From positions 1 to 58,729 of the forward strand of contig CAYJVM010000003.1 in the NCBI GenBank assembly GCA_964373665.1: 58,729 nucleotides of DNA, written 5' to 3'. The notes beneath the pieces are model-generated. The model was not told where the DNA came from. It saw nothing but the letters and a program-made list of their open reading frames with translations, and searched no databases. The position numbers were made by a program, and so were the translations under genes. This document shows positions 19,649 through 29,300 of the stretch, piece after piece. Origin of the DNA: an uncultured archaeon (lineage in GTDB: Archaea > Aenigmatarchaeota > Aenigmatarchaeia > CG10238-14 > SCSR01). The stretch's first letter is position 1. Each line of letters opens with the position of its first letter.

Positions 19649-20326
19649 TTACCAGGTATTCCGCCATCCATATTCTTTATTGCGCCCTCTACCACCGATA
19701 TCTTCCACCATCGCCCCTACCCATTCCCCGTCGATTATTGAACGGACAATTGCGTAATTTGCATCAGGATAAGCGTCGAGTACATCTTCGATTTTAAAGC
19801 TGACCGGAAATTGTCTCCTTAGTTGTCTATACAACATGTGTCTGTCAACTTGGTCCCTACCCCTCAATTTTACGAATGGGAATTTATAAGGCGGTTCTCC
19901 TGCATCGTCTTTAGGTGCAGGCGCTACACTTTCCTGCACTTTTACAGCAGCAGTTTGATCGCCAGTATAAACACCATTTTCATTAGTTTGAGTTGGAACG
20001 TAGCCATCGGCTTCCACAAGAGAAAGCAATTTTTGCAATGCATGATACAAGTCAAGCACTATCCCATCGCCCCGAACTTCAACACCATATTCATCTGCTA
20101 GACGGCGCATACTGTCAATATCATGTCCCAGAGGACATTCTCGAACAACAATTCTATCAAAAAGGTTTCTTACATCCTTAGGCACATCGGAATAGGCTGT
20201 ACGGTTCCCTATCATATAAGTTTAAACATCAGACCTTTGGCCGATATTAACCCTATTTATTCTTTCAAAGTCTGCATAAAGAGCACGGATGACATCAACA
20301 CCCTCAGGTATTAATGAAGCCATCAT
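19649..20326 (-). pseudogene. Hypothetical gene with in-frame TAA at 20222-20224
   Basis: ATG 20326 (TTTAAAT upstream) gives 34 codons, TAA, then the same frame continues into the 188-aa track ORF. Confidence 0.65.
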
Positions 20327-20384
20327 ATAATTATTGCGAAGAAGAATTTAAATAGTGACTTGTCAGATCTAAAAGATTCGGCAA

Positions 20385-21083
20385 TCAATCGTATAGTTTT
20401 ATCCCACCTGCGGGTGAAGGAAAAGTAGTGTCTGCGGCAAAAGCCCATAAAGGAGCCTTGCTCATTATTCTGCCATTAATTTCTCCTCGGAAATTATGGT
20501 CACAGTTCGGAATTACTTCTAGCTTTCTAACTTTTACTCGAGTCGCTCGGTCATAAAAATACTGCCCTGCTTCAGGTTTCACAACATCGTCGTCCTGACC
20601 AATCATGATGTACACTTCCCCGTTAAACTTCCCTAGACTGGTCGCGATTCTTTTTGGGCCAGCATTTGTACTAGGAGCCATTAAAAGTATCCTTTCAACG
20701 TCTTCATAATCGCCAACAACAGCAGCTATGGTTCCAGCACCTGCTGAAGCACCCATCAGATATAGAACAGGATTTCTTCTACCACTTAATTCATCCCCAT
20801 TCGAAATGCAGTAACCAAGAACATATCTGAAATTGTCGATCATTGTTTGTGGATATGGCAATTCCGAGTAATGCTTGTTTCCCATTCTTACAACAGTTCC
20901 AATTCCTTTTTCCACGAGAAAATCTGCCAATTGACCATACTTGTTGTTGTAACCGTCGATATGACCATCAAATCCAGGAAAATTCAATACTATTGTCCCA
21001 TTAGAATATGGATGTATAGCTACTTCCAGATCCAAGTGCCCACGCCTTAACGGCCTTTGAAGTATAGTTCTTCTTTCCGGCAT
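20385..21083 (-). CDS. Alpha/beta hydrolase
   Basis: Nucleophile elbow GASAG, GQDDDVV, NCDHNF; likely start ATG 21083 with TTTATAA upstream. Confidence 0.85.
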   Translation of the reverse strand: MPERRTILQRPLRRGHLDLEVAIHPYSNGTIVLNFPGFDGHIDGYNNKYGQLADFLVEKGIGTVVRMGNKHYSELPYPQTMIDNFRYVLGYCISNGDELSGRRNPVLYLMGASAGAGTIAAVVGDYEDVERILLMAPSTNAGPKRIATSLGKFNGEVYIMIGQDDDVVKPEAGQYFYDRATRVKVRKLEVIPNCDHNFRGEINGRIMSKAPLWAFAADTTFPSPAGGIKLYD

Positions 21084-21178
21084 TTCAAATATGATAAACA
21101 TCTCAGGCTTATAAATTTCATTTTTGCGACACAATCCCTTGCTGTGGATTTATATATTTAACGCAACATAAAATTAAC

Positions 21179-21391
21179 ATGCACATTCTTCTGACAAAGC
21201 CTGCTGTTCCAAAAAAAGTTCCAGTTAGAAGAGAGGAACCTTTAATACTTCCTTTGCCAACTACACCAAACCCTGAAAGGAAAGAGCCTCTTGTCCCAAC
21301 ATATCCTAGAGTGCCTGTCCCAGTAGGTACGGGATACGCACCGTCTTCAAGTCTTTATTCTCGAAGAAGAACAGACGGATACACAAGATAA
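21179..21391 (+). CDS. Proline-rich small protein (14 Pro in 70 aa)
   Basis: TATA-like TTTATATA about 22 nt upstream; stop 2 nt before the next ATG. Confidence 0.65.
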   Translation: MHILLTKPAVPKKVPVRREEPLILPLPTTPNPERKEPLVPTYPRVPVPVGTGYAPSSSLYSRRRTDGYTR

Positions 21392-21393
21392 AA

Positions 21394-22695
21394 ATGTCAA
21401 ATTTACCTGAAGAACTGCTTTTTGCGACTGAAGCAATCAATGGAGACTGGGGAACAAATAAGAATCGTTCATATGCACATCTCGGGACTCTGAGGGGAAA
21501 GACTAGTGACCGAGATTTAGTATTTCTTGACCAAGAACCAGTCTTAGAAGCAATCAGGCGGTATAGATAATTATACGAACGGGACGCTAGAGAAATAAGC
21601 ATAGCACTAGGAGATATAGCTTCATTGCAATTTGATTCTCCCTTTAAATCCAACTTTTTAAGGTCTGCTGCGCAAATGACAAAACTGGGGAATGTGAGAA
21701 GCGGAGAAGCGATCGCAAAATCTATGGTGCCCTATATAGCATGCGGAGGTACGTTTGAAGATGAAGAGCAGCTAAAGAGGGATGTTTATTTCATGGGTGA
21801 GACAATTGAAGAGGACAGAGTTGCGCCAAGGCACATAAATGACTTGGGTATTTCACAGACGGCGAGATTGTGGCAATTTCTGAATAAAAGTTCAGGAAGT
21901 CATAGCTACGGTTTCCCTGATTTTGCAGAGTATTTCGGTTCAGAATATTTCAGTGTTTTTGATGGATTTCCCACAATAGGCGCTGAATTCCACAGCATAC
22001 CACCCAATTCGCCTAGTGGCTCCTTGAGAATATTGAGACGGCTAGTTCCACTCAACATGTCGCAATATCAAAGAGGATCTTTCATACCATTCTCCAGAAT
22101 AGATAAAGGTGTTTTGGAAATAAGGATGAATCCGTCGTTATATCCTTTTACTGTGGCGAACTGGAATCTTATGCGGCAGACCGTTCCAGATGTAAACAAT
22201 CAATATTTTACAGTGTGCATAGGCAAAGAAGAAGATTTCGAAAGAGCTTCCCATGTAAACACGATAATACCACCATTGATAAGCCTGGGCAATATTATCT
22301 ACAGCTTGTTTTTCACAACTGCTCCTGAAGACGCCTTTGAAGGGGAATATAAATTCGGCGAGCATTACATAGGTCAAACGGTAAGATTGAAGAAAGGAAG
22401 TTATTCATTGGACGGCACAGCCCCTGACAATGGACAGTTGAATTTGTATGTAGGATTCGGCGAGTCCTTCCCATATCATGTATATTACCTTTCCATGGCT
22501 GTTGCTGAACCCGAGTTGCTTACTGTCGTGCAGTCAGAGGTTGGGGGTGGATTGTCACCTGTCGCAGCAGTTCGTCTGAACGATAAAACACGACGTCATA
22601 TAGTTCGAACTATGAATGATTATATCATGCGCAGTCCAAGGCTCGCGAAAGCTGCAGAGTATGACCTAAAAATAATCGACAGTTTGGCAAGATAA
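21394..22695 (+). pseudogene. Hypothetical, possibly GS/GCS-like amidoligase, split by in-frame TAA at 21568-21570
   Basis: ATG 21394 reads 58 codons, TAA, then continues in frame through the 356-aa track ORF; motifs TIGAEFH and LEIRMNP. Confidence 0.6.
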
Positions 22696-22718
22696 TAAAG
22701 AATATTGGCAAGCTGATA

Positions 22719-23702
22719 TTAAAAATTCATGACACTTTCAATAGTTTTATTGATTCTAGCCGCATCAGGGATATAATAATTCTCCAATTTCGGCAACGGC
22801 ATAGGTACATCATATCCAGTCACTCTCTGCACAGGCGCTTCCATGCTTAGAAATGCATTCTCATTAATCGTCGCAACCAATTCAGCGCCATACCCACATG
22901 TTCTTGGAGCCTCATGCACAACGACACATCTCCCAGTCTTCTTCACAGAATCAATGACAGTCTTTCTGTCAATAGGATACAACGTCAGCAAGTCGATAAT
23001 TTCGATAGAATATTTGCCTCCTAGTTGCTGGATGGCATCGCGGACAACCTTCTGCATCGCGCCCCACGCTATAACAGTAACATCGCTGCCTTCCTGCACC
23101 ACTTCAGCCTTGCTCAACGGTATCGTATACTCTTCATCAGGAACTTCTTCCTTTATTGCGCGATAAACTCTTTTAGGCTCAAGAAATACAACAGGATCTG
23201 GGTCGCGTATGGAAGAAATAAGCAAGCCTTTGGCATTGTACGGTCCTGACGGCGCAACGACTTTGATTCCCGGCATGTGCGTGAAGAAAGCCTCCAAAGA
23301 TTCCGAATGATTCTCCAATGCTCTTATCCCGCCTCCATGCGGAATTCTAAGAACTAGAGGCACATTCCACTTACCTTGAGATCTTTTTCTCATCCTTCCT
23401 GCATGGTTGTAGAGCTGGTCGAGCATTGACATGGAAAAACCGTCGAACTGGACCTCAGGTATAGGCTTCATCCCGGCAATCGCAAGACCTATGGACGTAC
23501 CGATTATTCCGACTTCGGCTAGAGGGGTATCAATAACTCTGTCATCTCCAAACTGCTGCCACAAGCCCTCCGTAACTCTGAACACACCGCCATCTTTCCC
23601 GATGTCCTCGCCCAAAAGAATTACAGAAGAATCTCTTTCCATCTCCTGCTTTAAGGCGAGATTAATTGCTTGAACGAGATTAAGTTTTGCCATATCAATC
23701 AA
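22719..23702 (-). CDS. pdhB: 2-oxoacid dehydrogenase E1 beta
   Basis: GEDIGKDGGVFR, DTPLAE, PEVQF, VVHEA. Confidence 0.95.
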   Translation of the reverse strand: MIDMAKLNLVQAINLALKQEMERDSSVILLGEDIGKDGGVFRVTEGLWQQFGDDRVIDTPLAEVGIIGTSIGLAIAGMKPIPEVQFDGFSMSMLDQLYNHAGRMRKRSQGKWNVPLVLRIPHGGGIRALENHSESLEAFFTHMPGIKVVAPSGPYNAKGLLISSIRDPDPVVFLEPKRVYRAIKEEVPDEEYTIPLSKAEVVQEGSDVTVIAWGAMQKVVRDAIQQLGGKYSIEIIDLLTLYPIDRKTVIDSVKKTGRCVVVHEAPRTCGYGAELVATINENAFLSMEAPVQRVTGYDVPMPLPKLENYYIPDAARINKTIESVMNF

Positions 23703-24732
23703 AGCCCTTTCTTTGTTCTTCTAATTCTGGCGGCATTTCGCCATAAACATTCTCAAAAATGTCCTGCGGCTTGGGTGGCTCAACAGCTTCAAATTTCCTC
23801 ACAGCTTCATTAACCCGCGCTTTGGCATTCTCCGAGACTTGCTTCTCATAATCTTCATTCCATATGCCCTCGCTTTCCATGTACTTCCTAAGGCGGTCGA
23901 CCGGGTCTTTTCTCTTCCACTCCTCTACTTCGGCAGGGTCGCGGTATTTCTTCCAATCATCCGCCGTAGTATGGCTCTCCAATCTGTACGTATAGCATTC
24001 GATGAATGTCGGCCCTTTACCTGCACGCGCCTTGTCAATAGCATCCTTGGTTACTTTATAGACCGCGAAAACATCGTTGCCGTCAACAAGGATACCATCA
24101 AATCCGTATGTGAACGCTTTCTCGGCCAAAGTCTCGCTCGCGGTTTGCCTGGATCTCGGGACTGAAATAGCCCATTGGTTGTTCTGGCAAATGAAAATGC
24201 ATGGAATGTTGAACACACCCGCAAAATTCATGCCTTCGTGAAAGTCGCCTTTGCTTGTCGCGCCATCGCCAAAGTAAGCGACTGCGATCGAGTTCTTCCC
24301 CTGTAGCTTCATTCCCCACGCAATACCAACGGCGTGCGGCACCTGGGTTCCGACCGGAATAGCGACAGGCAGCGCATTAATTCCTTCAGGAATCTTCATT
24401 CCCCTTTCGTCACCTGCCCAATACTGGTAAAGCATGTCCATAGGATAGCCGAATGTTATGAAAACTCCATGCTCCCTGAATGCCGGTACAAACCAGTCAT
24501 CCTTCTGCATGGCAAGAGCCGAACCTATCTGCGCAGCTTCCTGCCCAAGAAGCGATGCAAAAGTAAGCATCCTTCCTTCCCTCTGGAGTTTCAGTGCAAC
24601 ATCATCAAACACCCGAGCCAGAACCATATACTCGTACATCGCCTTTATTTCGTCATTGGCCAGCTTTGGCATGTTCCGTGTGTTCACAATCTTTCCGTCT
24701 TCGTTCAGGATTTGAAACATTTCCAGCTTCAT
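23695..24732 (-). CDS. pdhA: 2-oxoacid dehydrogenase E1 alpha
   Basis: TPP motif GDGATSKG...QNN; YRLESHTTADD. Confidence 0.95.
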   Translation of the reverse strand: MKLEMFQILNEDGKIVNTRNMPKLANDEIKAMYEYMVLARVFDDVALKLQREGRMLTFASLLGQEAAQIGSALAMQKDDWFVPAFREHGVFITFGYPMDMLYQYWAGDERGMKIPEGINALPVAIPVGTQVPHAVGIAWGMKLQGKNSIAVAYFGDGATSKGDFHEGMNFAGVFNIPCIFICQNNQWAISVPRSRQTASETLAEKAFTYGFDGILVDGNDVFAVYKVTKDAIDKARAGKGPTFIECYTYRLESHTTADDWKKYRDPAEVEEWKRKDPVDRLRKYMESEGIWNEDYEKQVSENAKARVNEAVRKFEAVEPPKPQDIFENVYGEMPPELEEQRKGFD

Positions 24733-24749
24733 ATACCCCTATTTCCAAG

Positions 24750-25361
24750 TCACGGCTTATAAATCCGTACGCCTAGATTTCCTAATTCGTGTTCGAGCTG
24801 GGGCAATGATTTGAAGTGTATTGTTTTCATCCCAAGCTTCGTGGCCGGCGCCAGAAAATCTTTCCTGTCGTCTGCGAACACACATTCCTCAGGCTTTACA
24901 CCAACTTTTTGAAGGGTTATTTTGTAAATCTCAGGGTCAGGCTTTCTAAAGCCGACGTCGCACGAGAGGACGACAATCTGGAATTCATCGTACACACCCA
25001 GCTTTCTGTTGTATTTGGCAACTCCAGCCTCCGTATTTGAAAGAGCAGTTACAATGTAGCCAGACTTTTTCAACCCCTTGACAAGGCGTTCCATCTCACT
25101 GTTTCTCTTGATGTACTTTTTTTGGTTGTCTTCCCAAAAGGTTCGTAGGCTCGACGCATCAATCCCAAGCCTTTCACCGAATCTCACCCAGAATTCAGCT
25201 TCTGTTATCTTCCCCCTTTGATAATCTGGTATGGCGTCTTCGACTGCGTTCCTGACAGCATCGACATCCTTCTTGCACATTTTCGCAAGTTTCTCGAATA
25301 TAGGTACGTCTGTTTCGTTATGCAGAGTTCCTCCAATGTCGAAAATAACGCATTTAATCAT
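24750..25361 (-). CDS. HAD family phosphatase
   Basis: FDIGGTL, LSNT, RKPDPEIY, FADD. Confidence 0.92.
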   Translation of the reverse strand: MIKCVIFDIGGTLHNETDVPIFEKLAKMCKKDVDAVRNAVEDAIPDYQRGKITEAEFWVRFGERLGIDASSLRTFWEDNQKKYIKRNSEMERLVKGLKKSGYIVTALSNTEAGVAKYNRKLGVYDEFQIVVLSCDVGFRKPDPEIYKITLQKVGVKPEECVFADDRKDFLAPATKLGMKTIHFKSLPQLEHELGNLGVRIYKP

Positions 25362-25377
25362 ACGATCGTTCTATTTA

Positions 25378-26232
25378 TTGGTTTTGCCAGTTGAAATCAT
25401 TGAGCGACCATTTCTTTTAAACCTTCGCCGCGATAAATTTAATAGTGATTTTTTGTACTTGCCTAGACCTACAAGATTAGTGCTTCACCAAACAGATGAC
25501 ATTTACGTTTCCCTAGCATACAAAGAAGCGTGCAGGAGGATTGCAACTGAAAATGGAGAGCCCATTTTAACACTTCAGACTTATGACGGCCCTCATGTTG
25601 TGAGCATAGGGTTGCGCGAAATGGCAGATAAGGTAAATGTGCCGGAAGCTGAATATTTGGGCATCCCTATCGTAAGAAGGTTCGACAAAGCCTATGGGAT
25701 GATTAAAGGGAGTGAGGATGTGCACATAGGAATGTCCCTGCCGAGGTATGGTCGTAAGGATTTAGATGCGATGGATGCAGAAGCTGCAACCCCGCTGATG
25801 GAGGCGATGCATAATATGACAGGATGTGACCTGGAGTTGGTCAACAGAGACTTCCTAATCAGACAGGATGGCGTTCCATACAAGGTGGGCAGTCTTTCTT
25901 TGGATTTGACCGGCGGTTCACTTTATCTGTGCTCTATGGTTTACTGTGAAGGCTTTCCATATCATTTAGCCGAACGTGTTTTCAAACTCACTGACGAAGA
26001 AAGAGAAAATATAGGGAGGAACGCACCGCTAAACCGCTTCGATCCTAGCGCAACCAGAATGGGCCTCATAGAATCCGTCCGATCGACACTAGGCTTGGAT
26101 TATTCTGAACCGACGCAGGAGGAGATGCGCTTAACTGGAAATTTATATGAAGAACTTAGGGGCCGGGAATTCCTGGCACAAGGCAAAATACCGGGCAAAG
26201 TTTGCTATGCTTACATTGGCACTCGGGCGTGA
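25378..26232 (+). CDS. Divergent lipoate-protein-ligase-like protein (start uncertain)
   Basis: VVSIG...VN..EAE.LGIPIVRR and RDFLI...KVGS align loosely to LplA; candidate TTG starts at 25378, 25453, 25459. Confidence 0.55.
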   Translation: MVLPVEIIERPFLLNLRRDKFNSDFLYLPRPTRLVLHQTDDIYVSLAYKEACRRIATENGEPILTLQTYDGPHVVSIGLREMADKVNVPEAEYLGIPIVRRFDKAYGMIKGSEDVHIGMSLPRYGRKDLDAMDAEAATPLMEAMHNMTGCDLELVNRDFLIRQDGVPYKVGSLSLDLTGGSLYLCSMVYCEGFPYHLAERVFKLTDEERENIGRNAPLNRFDPSATRMGLIESVRSTLGLDYSEPTQEEMRLTGNLYEELRGREFLAQGKIPGKVCYAYIGTRA

Positions 26233-26236
26233 AAAA

Positions 26237-26959
26237 ATGAAAGTCAAAGTGGCAGCTGTCCAGATGCGAGTCGTGAAAGAGACTGGGAATAACTTGGAAA
26301 GAATGCTCCATTTCATCGACAAGGCAGGCAGAAGAAAATGCGATTTTGTTTGTTTCCCGGAGAATTCTTTGGTATCAACGCTTGATGGAATCATATCATT
26401 AGAAAATCACTTAATAGCGATACGCGAGAGATGCAGGAAGAATTCCATCTGGTGTATTTTCAGTACCTATGAAAAGGAGAAGGGAAAGATTTGGAATATC
26501 GCTTATGTCATTGACAAGAAGGGCAAAATACGGTACAGATACAAGAAGGTCAACCTGTGGAAAAGCGAAGCAGAATATGTGTCCAGAGGATTGAAAAACA
26601 AGGTTGTCGACACGGAATTCGGGAAAATAGGGGTTATAATATGCTATGATTATCTTTTTCCAGAATTTGTGAACAAGCTGGGAAAATCCGGCGCGAAAAT
26701 CATCTTCTGCCCTTCGTACATGGTCGACTATAAAAGAGGCATCAACATAGTCAGGAATACGCCGCTGATACGCGCGTTCGAGAACAAGTCTTACTTTGTG
26801 CATTGCGATGCATTTACCAGGAAAACGGCAAGCATAAGCATGATATGCGATCCTTACAGGGTTCTTAGGAAAATAGAGAGAAAGGAAGGCCTTATAGTCG
26901 CTACTCTGGATTTAGGCAAGATCGACAGGATAAGGGACTATTTCAAGTTCAACGCATAA
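26237..26959 (+). CDS. Carbon-nitrogen hydrolase (nitrilase family)
   Basis: Triad FPE / YKK / ICYD; start trimmed to MKVKVAAVQ. Confidence 0.92.
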   Translation: MKVKVAAVQMRVVKETGNNLERMLHFIDKAGRRKCDFVCFPENSLVSTLDGIISLENHLIAIRERCRKNSIWCIFSTYEKEKGKIWNIAYVIDKKGKIRYRYKKVNLWKSEAEYVSRGLKNKVVDTEFGKIGVIICYDYLFPEFVNKLGKSGAKIIFCPSYMVDYKRGINIVRNTPLIRAFENKSYFVHCDAFTRKTASISMICDPYRVLRKIERKEGLIVATLDLGKIDRIRDYFKFNA

Positions 26960-27692
26960 AGTTCCATTCGTCTTTAGAGTACCTTTTTTCAATCAGTTCT
27001 CCCGCTCTTTCCAATTCTTCTTCGGTCCATTTATCAAAAAAGAATTCTTTGTCTTTTGTAAATGCCTTGACCAGAATATCATGAAACTCATTTAATGCAA
27101 TATTCTTATGGTGCAGCAATGATGTTACTCTCTCTTCAACGTTCTTAATCGCCTTGTCTGAAATCTTTTGTTTGTCAACTTTCAGGACAGAGAACATTTT
27201 TTCCAAGTCCAATGAATAAAGCAATGTGCCATGATGCAATACAATTCCGCCCCTTCTCGTCTGGGCATTCCCGGAAATTTTCTTGCCGTTTAATAGCACA
27301 TCATTTATAGGCTTGAACTCGCCTTTCAACCCAATCATTTCCAAAGCGTCTAATATAGGCTGGCATAAAACTCTGTAGGATTCGTGGATGCCTTTCGGAT
27401 ACATGTTCCCTGGAGCTATCACACTGTACGTTAGACATTTCCCGTCATTGTAAACTGCTCCACCGCCACTCAGTCTTCTGACACAATCAATGCCGTTCTC
27501 CTTGGAGAATTGTATATCGACTTCGTCGTTCATGCTCTGGAAATAGCCGATGACCACGCCGGAAGGCTCCCATAAGTAGAACCTTATGATAGGAGAGCCG
27601 GTTTTTCTAACGCTCTCCATGGCAACTTCATCCAACGCTACATTCATAGCAGGACTTTTGGTCTCAACTGGTATCAGTCGCCATTTTACCAT
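26949..27692 (-). CDS. lplA: Lipoate-protein ligase A, catalytic subunit
   Basis: RRLSGGGAVY, NDVLLNGKKISGNAQ, HHGTLL. Confidence 0.93.
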   Translation of the reverse strand: MVKWRLIPVETKSPAMNVALDEVAMESVRKTGSPIIRFYLWEPSGVVIGYFQSMNDEVDIQFSKENGIDCVRRLSGGGAVYNDGKCLTYSVIAPGNMYPKGIHESYRVLCQPILDALEMIGLKGEFKPINDVLLNGKKISGNAQTRRGGIVLHHGTLLYSLDLEKMFSVLKVDKQKISDKAIKNVEERVTSLLHHKNIALNEFHDILVKAFTKDKEFFFDKWTEEELERAGELIEKRYSKDEWNFMR

Positions 27693-27972
27693 TTTCAATC
27701 GCCAACTTTAAAGTTCTGGACAAAGTCTTCGAATCTATACCGATCAACTCTGCACCTTCCTTTTCCAGGATTTCGTTAATTTTATCAGTTATCACGTCGT
27801 CTTGGAAGTCAACCGGAGTATTCCTAAGCGAGTTCTCAATTTCGTCAATGCATTGTTCTGGGTGTAGGAAGAAATCCCCGGTTATACGAACGTCCTCTAT
27901 GAAATCGTCAAACTTTACCTTGATTCTAACAAGTTTTCCACCAGGAACTTTTTCTACAGCTTCGCCATACAT
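27664..27972 (-). CDS. lplB: Lipoate-protein ligase accessory subunit
   Basis: KVPGGKLVRI, ITGDFFLHPE; adjacent to lplA. Confidence 0.85.
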   Translation of the reverse strand: MYGEAVEKVPGGKLVRIKVKFDDFIEDVRITGDFFLHPEQCIDEIENSLRNTPVDFQDDVITDKINEILEKEGAELIGIDSKTLSRTLKLAIENGKMATDTS

Positions 27973-28009
27973 TTAATCGAAAGTGAATTGGAAGTCAAGA
28001 TTTAAGTCG

Positions 28010-28273
28010 TTACTTACCAGTCGCCCACTTTTTCAAAGCCTCATAGTCTACTGCGCCGCAAATCTTCTTTCCCGTCTTTGTATTGACGAAGAAAGGAACA
28101 CCGCCGCAGAAGCCCTTGTCTATACTTTCCATGAATCTGGCATTGGCGGCATTATGCCACACCTCTATTTCTTTAAGGTTTATACTTTCTTCCCTCTTTA
28201 GCTTTTCTACTAAAGGTTTCATCTCATTACAATGAACGCATTCACTTCCAGTGAAGAATAACAATTCATCCAT
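28010..28273 (-). CDS. Thioredoxin-fold protein
   Basis: CVHC motif, CGGVPFF. Confidence 0.82.
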   Translation of the reverse strand: MDELLFFTGSECVHCNEMKPLVEKLKREESINLKEIEVWHNAANARFMESIDKGFCGGVPFFVNTKTGKKICGAVDYEALKKWATGK

Positions 28274-28348
28274 TTTATTAACTTGGATCAGAATTTATTT
28301 ATATAATTATGCAAAAGTATTTAAGTAATAAAGTAATACTATATTACT

Positions 28349-28480
28349 ATGAAGGATGCTATAACTCTTAAAGGAGATCGAAATGTGTGGATAGATTTTG
28401 TTGCAAAAGTAAAGAAGGAAAGAAAGGAAGTCTGGGAAGTATTAGAAGGCCTGATAAAAGATTACATTAAACAGAAATGA
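28349..28480 (+). CDS. 43-aa microprotein, possibly ribbon-helix-helix
   Basis: My translation MKDAITLKGDRNVWIDFVAKVKKERKEVWEVLEGLIKDYIKQK. Confidence 0.6.
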   Translation: MKDAITLKGDRNVWIDFVAKVKKERKEVWEVLEGLIKDYIKQK

Positions 28481-28485
28481 GTTGC

Positions 28486-29300
28486 ATGAATATGTTTTCT
28501 AAAGAACAGTATGAAAAGCATTCGAACTAAGGAAACAAGGCCTTAATTATTTGGAGATATCGAAGAAACTTAATATGGCTTATCCGGCAACAGTTCGGGG
28601 CTGGATTAAAATGGGAAAGCTTCCCAGGGGGCGTTTTCTTAAGCACAATTTCGATAAGCTGTCTCCTGAACTTGGTTATATTCTAGGTGTAGTAAAGGGT
28701 GATGGTTGTATAGTTGTCAAGAAGACAAAAGGGTGGGTGTCATTGGAAGTGAAAGACAGAGATTTTGCCGAGATGTTTCATAACCAATTGGAAGAGTGGA
28801 GCGGATTGAACTTTTCATTATATTTCAACAAGAAAAAGAAATTGTATACAACTATGTTGTATTCTTTACGGGCCGCCAGATTTATGAAAGCTTTCGACAT
28901 AGAAAAATTAATTGGAGCCAATGGTATAGTGAAAGCTAATTTCCTACGGGGCATGTTTGATTCAGAGGGAAATGTCTCAGGATCAAATCTGAAAACACCA
29001 AGAACAGCAACTAGATTTATCGCGGTTTTTAATAACGATAAGAAATTAATACTTCTTGTAAAAACTTTGTTGGAGTCACTAGGAATAAGAGTTCAAAACA
29101 TTGATAAAAGAATTGGGACAGGTTTTAAAGACACTACCATTAATTTCAGGCTTCGAATAGGGGGATTTGAGAATCTGAAATTGTTTAAAGAAAAAATAGG
29201 CTTCTCCATAGAGAGAAAGAATAAGAAATTAGAAGAGATATTAGGTAGCTATGGAGCTAATCCAAAATCTATTTATTATAATACTTCACCAATTGTTTAA
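28486..29300 (+). pseudogene. Free-standing HTH + LAGLIDADG protein with apparent 1-nt frameshift near 28514
   Basis: LGVVKGDG and LRGMFDSEG motifs; one extra A in GAAAAG would join MFSKEQYE to KAFELRKQGLNYLEISKKL. Confidence 0.7.

Noticed and set aside
21179-21391. Pup/UBact/SAMP modifier
   Set aside because: It lacks the C-terminal GGE/GGQ, SGE or GG motif; it ends GYTR.
25231-25377. 5' part of the 333-aa track ORF
   Set aside because: It is antisense to the HAD gene and low-complexity.
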